A stretch of 64,000 bases of DNA from an uncultured cyanobacterium (GCA_963833135.1 CAWHWW010000019.1:384699-448698), one strand, 5' to 3'. Positions 9,723 to 19,514 are shown, counted from the stretch's first letter. Notes: generated by a model not told the origin, from the sequence alone. Program-made: numbers and translations.

Positions 9723-10262
9723 GTGAACCTCATGACTCTCGGGAAACACGTGACGGTTCTGCTCGGAATTGCCGGGGTGACACTGGTGACCACCATCGTG
9801 GTTGCCGCGCAGACAGCCCCGAAAACCACGAGTGCGCAAACCCCAACGACGGCATCGAAGGCTGCGACTGGTCCGGTGCGGACGCGCGTCTCGACGCCGC
9901 CGCTGCCAAGTGTCGGCTTCGCCCCGGTGCGTCCGATGGACGTCGTTCGCGCGACCTACGACTTCGCCGCGCAGCACCCGGAGATCCTCAAGTACGTGCC
10001 GTGCTATTGCGGTTGCGGCGAGCAGGGTCACAAGGCCAACGAGTCGTGCTTCGTCGCGCGTCGCGATCCGAAGGGCAACGTGCTGGAGTGGGACACGCAC
10101 GGCTTTGGATGCGCGATCTGCGTCGACGTCGCGCGCGAGTCGATGCAGCTCTACAACTCCGGCGCCGACGTCGTGGCCGTCCGGGCAGCGATCGAACGCC
10201 GTTGGGCGCCGGGCAATGCCGGCGGCCGGACGCCCACCCCCGCACCACCCGCGAAGAAGTAG
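9723..10262 (+). CDS. secreted or membrane-anchored PCYCGC-motif protein
   Basis: 179 aa. N-terminal hydrophobic segment, then the literal motif VPCYCGCGEQGH and a second Cys pair, GCAIC. Confidence 0.6.
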   Translation: MNLMTLGKHVTVLLGIAGVTLVTTIVVAAQTAPKTTSAQTPTTASKAATGPVRTRVSTPPLPSVGFAPVRPMDVVRATYDFAAQHPEILKYVPCYCGCGEQGHKANESCFVARRDPKGNVLEWDTHGFGCAICVDVARESMQLYNSGADVVAVRAAIERRWAPGNAGGRTPTPAPPAKK

Positions 10263-10268
10263 ACGCGG

Positions 10269-11828
10269 TTGGACGAGCGCAACCTCGCGTTCGCGCGTTT
10301 GTTCCAGTCGGTGCGCGAGGGTGTCTATGTCGGCACTCTCGGCGCCAATAGCACCAGCACTCTCGCCGCCAATCCACACCTCAAGGCGATCTTCGGCTAT
10401 CCGCCGGACGCCGCCGACAGTCTGGTGCAGCCGTTCGACGCCGCGCGCTTCGTCGATCCGCAAGCCCGCCAGGGCTTCATCGACCTTCTCGATCGCGACG
10501 GCGGCGTGATGGATCACCTGATTCGCGTGCGGCGCGTCGACGGCACGCCGATCTGGATTGAAGTCTCGGCGACCGCATCGTATGCGGATGCCAAGACCTC
10601 GAGACCGCAGGACCTCAAGACCCCGGGCGCCTCGCAGCTGTCGATCGAGGCGCTCATCCGGGATGTCAGCCAGCGGAAGAAATCGGAGGATCAGAGCCGC
10701 GACGGACGTTACCAGATGCTGCAGGCCGAGAAGATGGCCGCGCTCGGGCAGACGATCTCAGGCGTTGCGCACGAACTGAATAATCCGCTCGCGACGATCC
10801 TGTCGTGGGCCGAGCGGCTCTCCGAACGCGATGTCGATGAGAAGACGAAGCAGGGCCTCGAAGTCATCCTCGGCGAATCCGAGCGCGCCGCGCGCATCGT
10901 TCGCAATCTCCTGACCTTCGCGCGCAAGCGCCAGACCACGCGGGCGATGGTCGATCTCAACCAGGTCGTGCGCGAAACGCTCGCGCTGCGGGCCTACGAA
11001 CAAAAGGTTTCCAGCATCAACATCGTCGAAGCCCTGGCGCCCGGCCTGCCCGATGTCTTCGCCGACGGTCATCAGATCAAGCAGGTCCTGCTGAACCTCC
11101 TGATCAATGCCGAGCAGGCGTGCCTCGCCGCCAGCGGCAGGGGGACGATCGTCATACGCACGTCTCACGACAACGATCGCGGTTCGCTCGTGCTCGAGGT
11201 CAGTGACGACGGGCCGGGCGTTCCTGAGGAGCGCCAGGGCAAGGTCTTCGATCCGTTTTTCACGACGAAGGAAGTGGGCCAGGGCACGGGGCTCGGGCTC
11301 ACCGTCGCCTATGCGATTGTGCAGGAGCACGGCGGACGCATCTGGCTCACGTCCAGGACAGGACAGGGCGCATCTTTCTTCATCGAGCTGCCGGTATCGG
11401 GTCAGCATCTGAACGCGCCCGCGGCGCGAGCGGCGCAACAGCCAATCTCGCTCGACGCCTTCAAGGGATTGCGCGTGCTGGTAGTGGAAGACGAGCCGGC
11501 GCTGGCGGTCGCCGTGTCGGAAGCGTTGTCCGATGCCGGTTTCGCGGTCGATCGAGCCGGCGACGGCGAGGAGGGGTTGACCCGCCTCACCGAAGCCCGC
11601 TACGACCTGATCGTTTGCGACCTCAAGATGCCGCGCATCGACGGCATGCAGTTCTACCGCGCGATGGCGGCGGCGACGCCGGCGCTCGCGCGCCGTGTGA
11701 TCTTCGTGACCGGCGACGTGGCCGGCACCGACGCGGAGCGGTTCCTGGAGGAAACCGGCTGCCGGTGGCTCTCCAAGCCTTTCAGGTTGGGCGACTTGCT
11801 GCGCGCGGCGCGCGACACGTTGACGTGA
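10269..11828 (+). CDS. hybrid sensor histidine kinase (PAS-HisKA-HATPase-REC)
   Basis: 519 aa. H-box GVAHELNNPLATI, N and G boxes (LLINAEQA, DDGPGV, GTGLGL), C-terminal receiver (LVVEDE, DLKMP). Confidence 0.85.
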   Translation: MDERNLAFARLFQSVREGVYVGTLGANSTSTLAANPHLKAIFGYPPDAADSLVQPFDAARFVDPQARQGFIDLLDRDGGVMDHLIRVRRVDGTPIWIEVSATASYADAKTSRPQDLKTPGASQLSIEALIRDVSQRKKSEDQSRDGRYQMLQAEKMAALGQTISGVAHELNNPLATILSWAERLSERDVDEKTKQGLEVILGESERAARIVRNLLTFARKRQTTRAMVDLNQVVRETLALRAYEQKVSSINIVEALAPGLPDVFADGHQIKQVLLNLLINAEQACLAASGRGTIVIRTSHDNDRGSLVLEVSDDGPGVPEERQGKVFDPFFTTKEVGQGTGLGLTVAYAIVQEHGGRIWLTSRTGQGASFFIELPVSGQHLNAPAARAAQQPISLDAFKGLRVLVVEDEPALAVAVSEALSDAGFAVDRAGDGEEGLTRLTEARYDLIVCDLKMPRIDGMQFYRAMAAATPALARRVIFVTGDVAGTDAERFLEETGCRWLSKPFRLGDLLRAARDTLT

Positions 11829-12688
11829 TTGCCGCTGTCGTTCTTGACCAGCACGAGCCCGGCGCGCTTCTGCGCGGCCTCCGGAACTCGCGTGTCCGGT
11901 TCCGGCCCGCCTACGCAGGCTTTCGCCATCGTGGGCTGGGCCTCCATTGCCGCAATCGTGTCACGCAAGGCGGCCGATGCGGCCACGGGCGTGACTTCCG
12001 CTCCAAGCGCTTCGCGCAATCGTCGAATGGCGCGCGCATGTAACTGCGAGACGCGCGATTCATTGACGCCAAGCTCCGCGCCGATGTCCTTCATCGTCGC
12101 TTCGTTGTAGTAGTAGAGGGTGATCACACGCCGCTCGCGTTGCGGCAGCGTCGCGATCGCGTTGCGCACGTGCGCCGTCACTTCGTCGCGCTCGTACTGC
12201 ATGTCTGGACGCTCCGGCTCCGCCGGCACCAGTACCGCGGGCAGCTGCGCCTCGTCGATGTTTTCGGCGCTCGAAAACGGCGACGTCGACTCGATCGTGT
12301 TGATGCGCACGATGGTCTTGCCCAGCCTTTTCTCGTCGGAGCCGACCGCCTCGGCAAGATCGGCGAGCGACGGCTCGTGTCCGAGCGTCGCGCGCAGCTT
12401 CTCGCGGGCTGCTTCGAGCTCGCGACGCACGCGGCGAACACCGCGCGGCCAGGCATCCTTGCGCAGCGCGTCGATCATCGCGCCGCGGATACGCCGCTCG
12501 GCGAACGTCTCGAACTTGATCCCCCGCGAATCGTCAAAACGATGGGCAGCATCGATCAAGCCGATCACGCCGTCCTGGACGAGGTCGCTGAGATCAATCG
12601 AATGCGGCATGGTCGCCGCCACGCGCCTGGCTAGCGCTTCGACAAACGCCAGCCCTGCTTCTACGCGGTGGGTCGGGGAAGTTTTCAT
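11654..12688 (-). CDS. sigma-70 family sigma factor, FliA/WhiG (sigma-28) type; 3' end uncertain
   Basis: Regions 2-4 are recognisable (DLVQDGVIGLIDA, RERRVITLYYYNEATMKDIGAELGVNESRVSQLHARAIRRLR). The ORF runs about 110 codons past region 4 and overlaps the kinase gene by 175 nt. Confidence 0.75.
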   Translation of the reverse strand: MKTSPTHRVEAGLAFVEALARRVAATMPHSIDLSDLVQDGVIGLIDAAHRFDDSRGIKFETFAERRIRGAMIDALRKDAWPRGVRRVRRELEAAREKLRATLGHEPSLADLAEAVGSDEKRLGKTIVRINTIESTSPFSSAENIDEAQLPAVLVPAEPERPDMQYERDEVTAHVRNAIATLPQRERRVITLYYYNEATMKDIGAELGVNESRVSQLHARAIRRLREALGAEVTPVAASAALRDTIAAMEAQPTMAKACVGGPEPDTRVPEAAQKRAGLVLVKNDSGNHVNVSRAARSKSPNLKGLESHRQPVSSRNRSASVPATSPVTKITRRASAGVAAAIAR

Positions 12689-12913
12689 GTTGCCTGCCCT
12701 AAAGGCAACTGCGATGCCAGAGCTTCGAAATCGTCGGCCAAGACCGGAATCGAGCCCGGCGGACCGTGTAACTGTCAGAACATCAGGTGGTTACACGGAT
12801 CTTCCCACCATGTCATGCGCAAGGATTCGGGTGAGTTTCGTCAATGGAAATGACGGTTTTTTGACGCTTTCTATGTCTTCTGCGTCAACGAGATGACGAT
12901 TATCTGGTAGGAC

Positions 12914-13105
12914 TTACTCGTTGCCGACCGTTTCTCGCAACTGCCGAGAAACAGCCATCGCTTGCAGGGCGGCGTTGACGACCTGGGACGCGCGCGCCTT
13001 CTGCGCCGCGTCCTGCGCCTTGGTCTCGATCAACTCGGCGTGCGCGAGGATCACGCCGAGTTGGTTGTTCAGTTTGTGCAACAACTCTTTCGAGCTGGTG
13101 GTCAT
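12914..13105 (-). CDS. small stand-alone DHp-like (histidine kinase H-box) protein
   Basis: Within ORF 12914..13180. The ATG at 13105 gives a 63-aa protein containing LHKLNNQLGVILAHAELI, which resembles the H-box AHDFNNLL. No ATPase domain. Confidence 0.4.
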   Translation of the reverse strand: MTTSSKELLHKLNNQLGVILAHAELIETKAQDAAQKARASQVVNAALQAMAVSRQLRETVGNE

Positions 13106-13128
13106 TACACCCAAGATGCGAATACCGG

Positions 13129-13338
13129 CTAGGCGACGGTGTGACTCGACGGGTGCTTGGTGCCGTCCGGCTCCCGCCACAAGGTATCCACGAAGATGCG
13201 GATGCTGCCGCCGGCAGTGCGCAGATACTCCACCTTGTTCGCCGCGATCCAGTTGTAGATCGTGCGGCGGCTGACGCCGACCATTTCACACGCCTTCATG
13301 ATGCTGACAGTTTGCCGTTCCACTAGGGTTGCCTCCAA
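13129..13338 (-). CDS. excisionase/MerR-type helix-turn-helix DNA-binding protein
   Basis: 69 aa. MKACEMVGVSRRTIYNWIAANKVEYLRTAGGSIRIF matches the Xis-type HTH pattern. Confidence 0.6.
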   Translation of the reverse strand: MEATLVERQTVSIMKACEMVGVSRRTIYNWIAANKVEYLRTAGGSIRIFVDTLWREPDGTKHPSSHTVA

Positions 13339-13421
13339 GGGGTGTATCGGTGCGAGCCTTTCTGAGATTAGTCATGCAGCCCTTGACAGTCGTGAGCAGC
13401 CCGTCAATACTTTGACAACCC

Positions 13422-14774
13422 ATGCCGCACCTCCTCCTCGTAGACGACGAGGAATCCCTGCGAAGTGTTGTAGCTGAAAGACTTAGAGACGCCGGCTACG
13501 AGGTGACCGAAGCCGCCGATGGCCAGGCTGCGGTCAAAGCCATCGATGGTTTTGCCTTTGACGTCATTGTTTCGGACCTCCGCCTGCCTGGTATCGACGG
13601 CCGCGAGGTAGTCGAAACCGCCCTCACCCGATATCCCGGCATCGTCGCGATCGTCGTCACCGGGTACGGAACGGTGAAGGACGCCGTCGACATGACGAAA
13701 ATGGGCGTCGCGGATTTCATCGCGAAACCGTTTCAGTTCGATGAGCTGATGCATGTTCTCAACTCCGCGCTCGAACAGCGTCGGCTGCTGACCGAGAACG
13801 CGTATCTGCATCAGCAGCTCGACGAACGATATGGCCTGGGATCGATGGCCGGCAAGAGCCCGCCAATGCGCGCGCTCTTTCAGTTGATCGAAACCGTCGC
13901 GCCGACGGCGGCGACGATCCTCATCACGGGCGAAACCGGCACCGGCAAGGAGATGGTCGCGCGCGCGATTCACCAGACCAGCCCGCGTCATCGCGGCCGT
14001 TTCGTTGCCATCAACGTCAGCGCGATTCCAGAAACCCTGCTCGATGCCGAGCTTTTCGGTCACGCGCGTGGCGCGTTTACCGGCGCAGTCGCGATGCGCC
14101 AGGGTCGCCTCGAGCAGGCCGATGGCGGCACGCTCTTCCTCGACGAAGTCGGCACCATGCCGATGCCGTTGCAGATGAAGATGCTGCGCGTGCTGCAGGA
14201 GCGGGAGTTCGAGCGCATCGGCGATACGCGAACGATCAAGGTCGACGTCCGCATCGTCGCCGCGACCAACGCGGACCTCTCGAAGATGGTGAAGGATGGA
14301 ACGTTCCGCGAGGATTTGTACTATCGCCTGAACGTCATCCCGGTGCACATCGCGCCGCTTCGCGAGCGCCTCGAAGATATTCCGATGCTGGTGCAGACGT
14401 TCGTCAAGAAATTTGCGCCGGATCGAGAGGTCACCGTTGCACAGGACGCGATGCGCCGGCTGATGGCATACGCCTGGCCGGGCAACGTCCGTCAGCTCGA
14501 GAATGCGGTCGAACGGGCCATCGCCATGAGCGGCAGCCGTCCGCAGATCGACGTCGTCGATCTGCCGGCCGATGTTCTGGCGACCGACGAGGCGATGACG
14601 AAGCCTGTCGTGGAATTGCCGGCGGGCGGCATCGACCTGCCGGTGTTGATTGCGCAGATCGAGAAGGACTTGATCGAACGGGCGCTGTTGCGTACCGGGC
14701 AGAACAAGGGCGCCGCTGCACGATTGCTGGGGTTGAAGCGAACGACACTCGTGGAGAAGCTGAAGCGGCTCTAG
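13422..14774 (+). CDS. sigma-54-dependent response regulator (NtrC family)
   Basis: 450 aa. REC domain, AAA+ domain with Walker A GETGTGKE and the GAFTGA loop, C-terminal Fis-type HTH. Confidence 0.9.
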   Translation: MPHLLLVDDEESLRSVVAERLRDAGYEVTEAADGQAAVKAIDGFAFDVIVSDLRLPGIDGREVVETALTRYPGIVAIVVTGYGTVKDAVDMTKMGVADFIAKPFQFDELMHVLNSALEQRRLLTENAYLHQQLDERYGLGSMAGKSPPMRALFQLIETVAPTAATILITGETGTGKEMVARAIHQTSPRHRGRFVAINVSAIPETLLDAELFGHARGAFTGAVAMRQGRLEQADGGTLFLDEVGTMPMPLQMKMLRVLQEREFERIGDTRTIKVDVRIVAATNADLSKMVKDGTFREDLYYRLNVIPVHIAPLRERLEDIPMLVQTFVKKFAPDREVTVAQDAMRRLMAYAWPGNVRQLENAVERAIAMSGSRPQIDVVDLPADVLATDEAMTKPVVELPAGGIDLPVLIAQIEKDLIERALLRTGQNKGAAARLLGLKRTTLVEKLKRL

Positions 14775-15442
14775 CGACGAATGGTTTGATCGGTGAAGAC
14801 GGTGACGTCTTTCCCCTGCCGCATCAGAGTGTCGACCGGGGTTGAGCTGCTGGTCTTGTTGATCGCCGCCTGAAGCACGGGCAGCTTTCGCGCTCCCACG
14901 GCGATCAGCCAAATCTGTTTCGTCTGAAGCACGTATCGCAGCGTCAAGGACAATCGCCGAGCGGGCGGTTTCGGAGCGTCTTCCACCGCCACTGCCCGCA
15001 GTTCCTCCTGCGTCAGCGCCGGGTGGCCCGGGAAGAGCGAGCAGATATGGCCATCCTCGCCGACACCGAGGATGGCCAGGTCCAACGCTCCGTTGTCCAA
15101 CTCCGTCGCCAGCACGTCATCGTACCAAAGCGCGGCCTGGGCGAGGTTCGCTTCCGCCGGCATCCTGATCGCGCGCGGAGCCCTTGCGCCGAGTGGCGAC
15201 AGCAACATCCGGTCTGCGAGCCCATAGTTGGAGTCGGGATCGTCGGGCGGCACCGCCCGCTCATCGGCCCAAAACAGGGTGATCCTCCGCCAGTCGACGG
15301 CCGCGTTCCTCAACGCGCCGAGAAAAATCAACGCCGTTGCGCCCCCCGAAAGCGCGCACGACCGGCCCTCCTGGCTCCAGTCCTCGAATGACTGCGTGAG
15401 CAGCGTCTTCAGCTCGGTCACCGGCGCACCGACCAACTCCAT
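14771..15442 (-). CDS. pgl: 6-phosphogluconolactonase
   Basis: 223 aa. LSGGAT, WADERAVPPDDPDSNY, LGVGEDGHICSLFPGHPAL. Confidence 0.85.
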   Translation of the reverse strand: MELVGAPVTELKTLLTQSFEDWSQEGRSCALSGGATALIFLGALRNAAVDWRRITLFWADERAVPPDDPDSNYGLADRMLLSPLGARAPRAIRMPAEANLAQAALWYDDVLATELDNGALDLAILGVGEDGHICSLFPGHPALTQEELRAVAVEDAPKPPARRLSLTLRYVLQTKQIWLIAVGARKLPVLQAAINKTSSSTPVDTLMRQGKDVTVFTDQTIRR

Positions 15443-15462
15443 TCAAGTAGGATAGTTCTTTC

Positions 15463-16338
15463 ATGCCCCCGCGCTACGCCTATTGGACAATCCTCGTCGA
15501 CGATCAGCCGACGGCTTTTCGAGCCGGCGCCAGGGAAGACTTGCTGCCGACGTTCAATCGCCTGAAGGAAAAGCACGCGTCGGCGACGATGATGTGGTTT
15601 CAGAACGGGAAGTTGTGGCCATCACGTCTCGATGCGCAGGAAGCGATGCGCGCGCGCGGTGAGATGGGCCGCCGTGGCGATGCCCAGCAAGGCGGCCGTT
15701 TTCGCGATCGTTCTTCAAGTCCGCAGGCCCGCAAGCCCGCAAGCCCGCGAAGCTCTGAGCGCCCTGAATGGTCGCCCAAGCCCTCGAGCCCGCAATACCG
15801 CAAGTCCGCAAGCCCGCAAGCCGGCAAGCCCTCGGACTCCGACAAGCTCGAGTGGAAGCCCAAAGGCACATTCACCCCTGCGCCGAAACGATCCGAACAA
15901 TCCGATCGCCCCGAGCGGAAACCGAAGAGTTCTTTCGATCGTGATCGTCCGTCGGAGTGGAAGCCGAAGCGATCCTTCGATCGTGATCGCAAGCCCGAGT
16001 GGAAGTCGAAACGATCATTCGATCGCGATCGCAAGCCCGAGTCGAAACCCAGGACCGCTCGCTCTGAAAAGCTCGAATGGAAACCGAGAACCGAATCCGG
16101 AAGCCGGAACTCGGAACCAGGAACCCGCGCGAAGCGCGCGTGGATCCCCAAAGAGGAATACAAGAAGTCAAAGGGGATTGAGACGCCGCGCGACAGTAAA
16201 TGGCGCCCCGGCGGAGAGCACCGCGATCCGCGCCAGAAGTACAAGGACGCCAAGAAGGCCAAATGGTCGCGCTTCAAGCAGAACATCCGGCAGAAATGGG
16301 ACAAGAAGCAGGGGCGTAAGAAGGACGACGACAAGTGA
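15463..16338 (+). CDS. hypothetical highly basic repeat protein
   Basis: 291 aa. Globular-looking N-terminal 70 aa, then a K/R/S/D/E-rich tail with about three copies of a 14-aa repeat (EWKPKRSFDRDRKP). Confidence 0.5.
   Translation: MPPRYAYWTILVDDQPTAFRAGAREDLLPTFNRLKEKHASATMMWFQNGKLWPSRLDAQEAMRARGEMGRRGDAQQGGRFRDRSSSPQARKPASPRSSERPEWSPKPSSPQYRKSASPQAGKPSDSDKLEWKPKGTFTPAPKRSEQSDRPERKPKSSFDRDRPSEWKPKRSFDRDRKPEWKSKRSFDRDRKPESKPRTARSEKLEWKPRTESGSRNSEPGTRAKRAWIPKEEYKKSKGIETPRDSKWRPGGEHRDPRQKYKDAKKAKWSRFKQNIRQKWDKKQGRKKDDDK
15719..15835. repeat. AAGCCCG-type heptamer repeats inside a CDS
   Basis: ccgcaggcccgcaagcccgcaagcccgcgaag and cccgcaataccgcaagtccgcaagcccgcaagccggcaagccc, translated as SSPQARKPASP and SSPQYRKSASPQAGKPS. 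Confidence 0.75.
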
Positions 16339-16670
16339 TCGCGCATGTCGTCCTGTTCCGTCCGCGCGCGACGCTCACCGCAGATCAGCGTCAAGCCCTG
16401 GCAGATGCGCTTCGCGGCGCCGTCGAGGGCATTCCGCAGATCAAACGCGCCACCATCGGCAAGCGCATCCTCTTGAACCGTCCCGGTTACGAAACTCAAA
16501 TGGCCGAGCACTATGAATACTCGGCCATTCTCGAGTTTGATTCCGAACCGGACTTACGCGCCTACCTGGATCATCCCTCGCACAGCGATCTCGGCAAGCT
16601 GTTGTTCACATCTGCTGAAGCGGTCCTCGCCTACGACTTTCTGTCTACCAGCCTGGCCGAACTGCAATAG
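16335..16670 (+). CDS. Dabb (stress-responsive alpha/beta barrel) family protein
   Basis: 111 aa. HVVLFRP, YEYSAILEFDSEPDLRAYLDHPSH. Confidence 0.75.
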   Translation: MIAHVVLFRPRATLTADQRQALADALRGAVEGIPQIKRATIGKRILLNRPGYETQMAEHYEYSAILEFDSEPDLRAYLDHPSHSDLGKLLFTSAEAVLAYDFLSTSLAELQ

Positions 16671-17456
16671 TCAGGCGTCGGTGTCGCGTCCGAACGCGCG
16701 CTTGAGCGAGCGCATCAGGCTCGGCTGATTGCGGATGTCGTCGAGCTGTTCGAGCAGCTGCAACGCCTCCGAGATCGTATTGACAGGACGCACGCCGAGG
16801 CGCCTGGCGCCCGCCGGTACGTCCTTGAGATCGCCCGGCCAAATCAGGATGACCTTGGCCTTCGACTCGACGGCGATGTCGAGGCAATTCTCGGGGCGGT
16901 CGTCGACAAACGCATCGAGTTGAAGGGCATCCGCGATCTTGCCGCGAGAGCGCTGGACGACGAACACGCTCGGATGCTGAAAGCCACGCTCTGCGAGCCA
17001 CTGTTGCGACTGACGCTGCACGAGGTCACCCGCGGTCGACGGCCGCGTCGTCAGGAAAATAACCTCCCACCGCCGCTCGCGCGCGCTCTTGGCGATTCGC
17101 GCAATGATTCCCGGCTCGAGCTCGGGCAGCGTCAGCCAGAAGTTTTCGATCTTCTTGACATGATCCCACAGCTGCACCTGCTGCCTCGCCGTGAGGTGCA
17201 GCTCCCGTATCGGGATGTTGGTCGTCGCATCGTCGTCGGGTTTTGCGGATTCATGCTCAGCCTGGTTTGCGACCGGGCTGGCGGCAGTCGAGGCCTGAGC
17301 GGCGCCGGTTGCCTCAGAGAGGGAAGGCCGCTTCGAAATCTTCTTGGCAGCCTTTCGAAGCGCCTCCTCGCCGAACAGTTTGATCGCCTCGTGATGCAAG
17401 GCGTCATACATGTCGGCGACGGTTCCATCCAGGTCGAATCCGACGCGCAGCGGCAT
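16671..17456 (-). CDS. HAD-superfamily hydrolase-like protein (possibly deoxyribonucleotidase-like)
   Basis: 261 aa. N-terminal FDLDGTVAD motif, a low-complexity insert, and a C-terminal FVDDRPEN segment. Confidence 0.5.
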   Translation of the reverse strand: MPLRVGFDLDGTVADMYDALHHEAIKLFGEEALRKAAKKISKRPSLSEATGAAQASTAASPVANQAEHESAKPDDDATTNIPIRELHLTARQQVQLWDHVKKIENFWLTLPELEPGIIARIAKSARERRWEVIFLTTRPSTAGDLVQRQSQQWLAERGFQHPSVFVVQRSRGKIADALQLDAFVDDRPENCLDIAVESKAKVILIWPGDLKDVPAGARRLGVRPVNTISEALQLLEQLDDIRNQPSLMRSLKRAFGRDTDA

Positions 17457-17511
17457 CTAAGTCCTATCGCATCTTAGCAACTTGACGTGTCATTAGGGCG
17501 GCGATTGGCGG

Positions 17512-18459
17512 CTACGCCGATATCCCGCGAGCCGTGGCGTGGTTGGCCAGGAACCAGTTGTAGGTGCGTTCGATGCCTTCGCCGAGCGACATGCGATGGC
17601 GCCAACCGAGCGCATGGAGGCGCGATACATCCAGCAGTTTTCTCGGCACCCCGTCCGGCTTCGACGTGTCGTAGACGATGGTTGCGGCCGGGTGAACGAT
17701 CCGCTTCACCGTCTCCGCCAGATCGCCGATGGACTGGTCCTCACCGGAACCGACGTTGATATGCATCTGGTCGCTGTAGTTCTTCATCAGAAATACGCAC
17801 GCATCCGCCAGGTCGTCGACGTGCAGGAACTCGCGCCGAGGCGTCCCCGTTCCCCACACCACGACTTCCTTCCGGCCTTCTTCACGGGCGTCGTGGAATT
17901 TCCGAATCATCGCCGGCAGGACATGCGAGCTGTCGAGATCGAAGTTGTCGTTCGCGCCATAGAGACTGGTGGGCATTGCCGACACGAAGTCGCAGCCGTA
18001 CTGCTTCCGATAGGACTGGCAGAGCTTGATGCCTGCGATCTTCGCGATCGCGTAGGCCTCGTTTGTCGGCTCGAGCGGTCCGGTAAGGAGCGCTTCTTCC
18101 TTAATCGGCTGCGCCGCATCGCGCGGGTAAATGCCGGAGCTCCCGAGATACAACAACTTCCTGGCGCCAAACAGATGTGCCGATTGGACGACCGTGGCGT
18201 GGATCATGATGTTGTCGTAGATGAACTCGGCCGGGCGCGTCGAGTTCGCCATGATGCCGCCGACCGTGCCGGCGACGAGATAGACGTACTCGGGCCGATT
18301 GGCGCGGAACCAATAGTTTACCGCCGCCTGATCGCGGAGATCGAGCTGCTCGCGCGTCGCGGTCAGAATGGTTTCGAAGCCAAGCTGCTCGAGCCGGCGA
18401 ACGATCGCCGAGCCGACGAGGCCCCGGTGGCCGGCGACGAAAACTCTCGAGCTCAACAT
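17512..18459 (-). CDS. fcl: GDP-L-fucose synthase
   Basis: 315 aa. VFVAGHRGLVGSAIVR, an SDR-type YAIAK catalytic motif, full-length similarity to the Fcl/WcaG pattern. Confidence 0.9.
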   Translation of the reverse strand: MLSSRVFVAGHRGLVGSAIVRRLEQLGFETILTATREQLDLRDQAAVNYWFRANRPEYVYLVAGTVGGIMANSTRPAEFIYDNIMIHATVVQSAHLFGARKLLYLGSSGIYPRDAAQPIKEEALLTGPLEPTNEAYAIAKIAGIKLCQSYRKQYGCDFVSAMPTSLYGANDNFDLDSSHVLPAMIRKFHDAREEGRKEVVVWGTGTPRREFLHVDDLADACVFLMKNYSDQMHINVGSGEDQSIGDLAETVKRIVHPAATIVYDTSKPDGVPRKLLDVSRLHALGWRHRMSLGEGIERTYNWFLANHATARGISA

Positions 18460-18468
18460 GTCCGCGGT

Positions 18469-19510
18469 CTAATCGACATCTGACAGCTCGAGATGAACAT
18501 CTGCCGGCAGATCGCGAAGCGCTCTCTTCCCCAGAAGGGCTTCGTATTGCTCGGCCGGAATCGAGCCGGTTCCGGGGCGCTTGACCCAGAGATTATTCTT
18601 GCTGAGCATCTCGCCCGCCCTGATCGGCGCAATCGTCACGACGGTCGCGAACGCGAAGTCCATCGTCACCTGCTCTTCCTTCGCAGGACCCTTGGTGCCG
18701 CCGAGCTCGCTGTGCAGCCTGGCGCTCGCCTCGATCAGTTCGCGGCAGGCTTCTTCGTCCATCGAACAGACGATGTCGGGACCCTGGTCGGAGCATGTGA
18801 TCGGTGAAGTGACGCTCGAGAATCGAGGCGCCGAGCGCCACGGCGCCGAGGCACGCGACGTTGTCGGTCGTGTGATCGGACAGGCCGATCACGGCGTCCG
18901 GGAACGCCTTGCCAAGTTCGACCATGGCGCCCAGGCGAACGAGGTGCGGCGGCGTCGGATAGAGATTCGTCGTGTGCATCAACGCATACGGTACGCGCGC
19001 GCCGTCGAAGATCTCGACCGCCTTGCGGACGCTTTCAATCGTGTTCATGCCGGTGCTGAGAATGATCGGCTTGCCGAAGCCGGCGATGTGCTTCAGCAGC
19101 GGATAGTTGTTGCACTCGCCGGATCCGATCTTGTACGCCGGCACGTTCATGCCGTGCAGCCGGTCCGCAGCCGCGCGCGAGAATGGCGTGCTGATGAAGA
19201 TCATTCCCTTCGATTCGACGTACTCCTGCAGCAGCCTCTCGTCTGCTTCCGACAGCGCGCAGCGCTGCATGATCTCGTAGATCGAGACGGTGGCGTTGCC
19301 CGGCACGACCTTTCTGGCGGCGCCGCTCATTTCGTCTTCGACGATATGGGTTTGATGCTTGACGACTTCGACGCCGGCACGCGCGGCCGCATCGACCATC
19401 TCCTTCGCGACGACGAGGCTGCCTTCGTGGTTGATGCCGATTTCGGCGACGACGAGCGGCGGATGCGCGGGGCCGATCTTGCGGCCGGCGATTGCGATTT
19501 CGGGCAGCAT
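18469..19510 (-). CDS. NeuB/PseI/LegI-type nonulosonic (sialic) acid synthase, one apparent frameshift near 18800
   Basis: ORF 18593..19510 ([29 protein letters not shown]) continues in ORF 18469..18762 ([17 protein letters not shown] plus a SAF-like C-terminus). Confidence 0.85.
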
Positions 19511-19514
19511 GCGT

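Noticed and set aside
13129-13338. Excisionase-like HTH considered as a marker of a prophage or integrative element.
   Set aside because: There is no integrase, no att-like direct repeats, no tRNA and no phage genes nearby. The neighbours are chromosomal signalling genes. This HTH type also occurs as an ordinary regulator.
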